Assembly: GCA_021735045.1 (NCBI GenBank)
Contig: JAIPHU010000012.1
Span: 1 to 32,000 of the forward strand
DNA from: Candidatus Omnitrophota bacterium
GTDB lineage: Bacteria; Omnitrophota; Gorgyraeia; Duberdicusellales; 4484-171
DNA length: 32,000 bases
Direction of reading: 5' to 3'
Each line of letters starts with the position of its first letter. Position 1 is the first letter of the stretch. Made by a program: the position numbers and the translations under genes. Shown here one piece after another: positions 30,583 to 32,000 of the stretch. The notes under the pieces were generated by a model that saw nothing but the letters and a program-made list of their open reading frames with translations, did not search any database and was not told the DNA's origin.

Positions 30583-32000
30583 ATGGAACAAAACAGTAAA
30601 ATTAGAAATTTTTGTATAATAGCTCATATTGATCACGGGAAATCCACTTTAGCTGATAGGTTTTTAGAAATCGCCGGTACCGGGACTAAAGGAAAAGTTT
30701 CTCAGCAGATGTTAGACAGTATGGACTTAGAAAAAGAAAGAGGTATAACTATTAAAGCAAAAGCAGTACGGCTAATTTATTCGGCCGGTGGAGCTAGTTA
30801 TATCTTAAATCTTATCGATACTCCTGGTCATGTTGATTTTAGCTATGAAGTGGCTAAGTCTCTTAAAGGTTGTGAGGGAGCTATCCTTTTAGTCGATGCA
30901 GCTCAAGGAGTTGAAGCACAAACGGTAGCCAATTTTCATTTGGCTTTAGAAGGAGATCTAAAGATTATTCCGGTTCTTAATAAGATTGATTTACCTAGCG
31001 CAAATGTAGAAAGGTGTTATAGGGAACTATTTGACATTTTTGGTTTTAAGAAAGAAGAAATCTTAACAGTTTCAGCTAAAAATGGGACTGGGGTCAAACA
31101 GTTATTAGATAAAGTCATCGAAGAAGTGCCGCCGCCTTCGGGTGATTCAAATAAACCGACAAAAGCAGTACTTTTTGATTCTGCTTATGATCTGTATCGG
31201 GGAGTAATACTGTTTGTAAGAATTTTTGATGGTAAGATTGAAATAGGAGATAGAATTTTATTGATGCACCAAAGAAAAGAGTATCGGGTTGAAGAGATAG
31301 GTATTTTCTGTCCTGAACCGGTAAAAAAGGAAAGTTTGGCTTGTGGACAGGTTGGCTATATTTGTTGCAATATAAAAAATCCTAACGAAATTGATGTAGG
31401 TGATACTGTAACTTTAAGTTCTAATCCTGCTAAATCGCCTTTTGAAGGTTATCAAGAGATGTCACCGATGGTTTTTTCTGGGATTTTTCCTTCTTCTTCA
31501 CAAGATTATGTAAGCCTGCGGGCAGCAATAGAAAAGTTAAACCTTTCAGATTCTTCTTTTAGTTATGAGCCAGATAGTTTGGGAGGCCTAGGATATGGGT
31601 TTCGTTGTGGATTTTTAGGCCTTCTTCATATGGACATAATTCAAGAAAGATTAGAAAGAGAATATAATCTTGATTTAATAGTTACATCGCCTAACGTTAA
31701 ATATAAAATAAAACGTAAAGGAGAAGAGCAAATAGAAGAAATCGAAAGCGCACATCAATTTCCTGATCAACAAGAAGTGGAACAAGCATATGAGCCATAT
31801 GTATCGGCTACGATTATGGTTCCGGTTGATTTTATTGATCCTGTTTGTGATTTAGCTAAATCAAAAAGAGGGAATTTTATAAAGATGGATTATTTGGGCA
31901 AAGATCGATTGAATATAATATTTGAGATACCATTATCGGAGATAGTTATTGATTTTTATGATAAAATAAAATCTGTAACTCGTGGTTATGGTTCTTTTGA
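30583..32000 (+). CDS. lepA: Translation elongation factor 4 (LepA), 5' portion; the ORF runs off the window
   Basis: It starts at the ATG at 30583 and the frame stays open to the window end. It reads MEQNSKIRNFCIIAHIDHGKSTLADRFLE..., with DTPGHVDF and NKIDL G-domain motifs. It is absent from the ORF track because there is no stop in the window. Confidence 0.93.
   Translation, partial: MEQNSKIRNFCIIAHIDHGKSTLADRFLEIAGTGTKGKVSQQMLDSMDLEKERGITIKAKAVRLIYSAGGASYILNLIDTPGHVDFSYEVAKSLKGCEGAILLVDAAQGVEAQTVANFHLALEGDLKIIPVLNKIDLPSANVERCYRELFDIFGFKKEEILTVSAKNGTGVKQLLDKVIEEVPPPSGDSNKPTKAVLFDSAYDLYRGVILFVRIFDGKIEIGDRILLMHQRKEYRVEEIGIFCPEPVKKESLACGQVGYICCNIKNPNEIDVGDTVTLSSNPAKSPFEGYQEMSPMVFSGIFPSSSQDYVSLRAAIEKLNLSDSSFSYEPDSLGGLGYGFRCGFLGLLHMDIIQERLEREYNLDLIVTSPNVKYKIKRKGEEQIEEIESAHQFPDQQEVEQAYEPYVSATIMVPVDFIDPVCDLAKSKRGNFIKMDYLGKDRLNIIFEIPLSEIVIDFYDKIKSVTRGYGSF

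Noticed and set aside
1-32000. A defence system, toxin-antitoxin pair, secretion system or mobile element hidden among the ORFs.
   Set aside because: Every ORF of 150 aa or more except 3720..4589 carries clear housekeeping family motifs. The PIN/TRAM protein is the conserved YacL-type housekeeping form in its usual synteny, not a VapC toxin with an antitoxin partner. No transposase, integrase, nuclease-helicase pair or cas-like gene was seen.

Overview
This is a low-GC bacterial chromosomal segment. It uses the standard genetic code, with TGA as the stop for clpC, radA and cysS. It is tightly packed with housekeeping genes, nearly all on the + strand.

Gene order: ABC ATPase fragment, ilvE, clpC, an unknown exported protein, mlaE, mlaF, mlaD, radA, a PIN/TRAM (YacL-like) protein, ispD, ispF, cysS, tmk, mnmG. 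Then on the minus strand lpxB and a Gfo/Idh/MocA oxidoreductase. Then msbA, rpsB, tsf, pyrH, frr, tRNA-Lys(UUU), tRNA-Leu(UAG), tRNA-Gly(GCC), a ptsN-like EIIA, yvcK, ptsH, ptsI, pheA, hisC, a DAHP synthase, tyrA, cmk and the 5' part of lepA.

lpxB, msbA and the Mla genes indicate a diderm, LPS-containing organism. The clpC...radA-yacL-ispD-ispF-cysS order resembles Firmicutes. I cannot assign a taxon from sequence alone.

I found no transposase, integrase, CRISPR array, toxin-antitoxin pair or recognisable defence system. At the protein level the window is ordinary.

The unusual content is non-coding. Nearly every longer intergenic spacer is built from short repeats or hairpins, and several families recur between distant spacers:
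- A two-hairpin module is present as a 75-bp tandem array in front of clpC and again in front of tRNA-Gly, with four compensatory base-pair swaps in one stem.
- Two GTAG-headed GC-rich hairpins sit directly after stop codons and look REP-like.
- ATTGG / ACGAAT word-built spacers are shared by three loci.
- A CAAAT/ATTTG palindromic array splits mlaF from mlaD.
- A perfect heptamer microsatellite follows mlaD.
- A 22-bp duplication of the tRNA-Gly 3' end brackets a compact three-helix element.

All functional readings of these elements are hypotheses that need genome-wide searches and transcript mapping.
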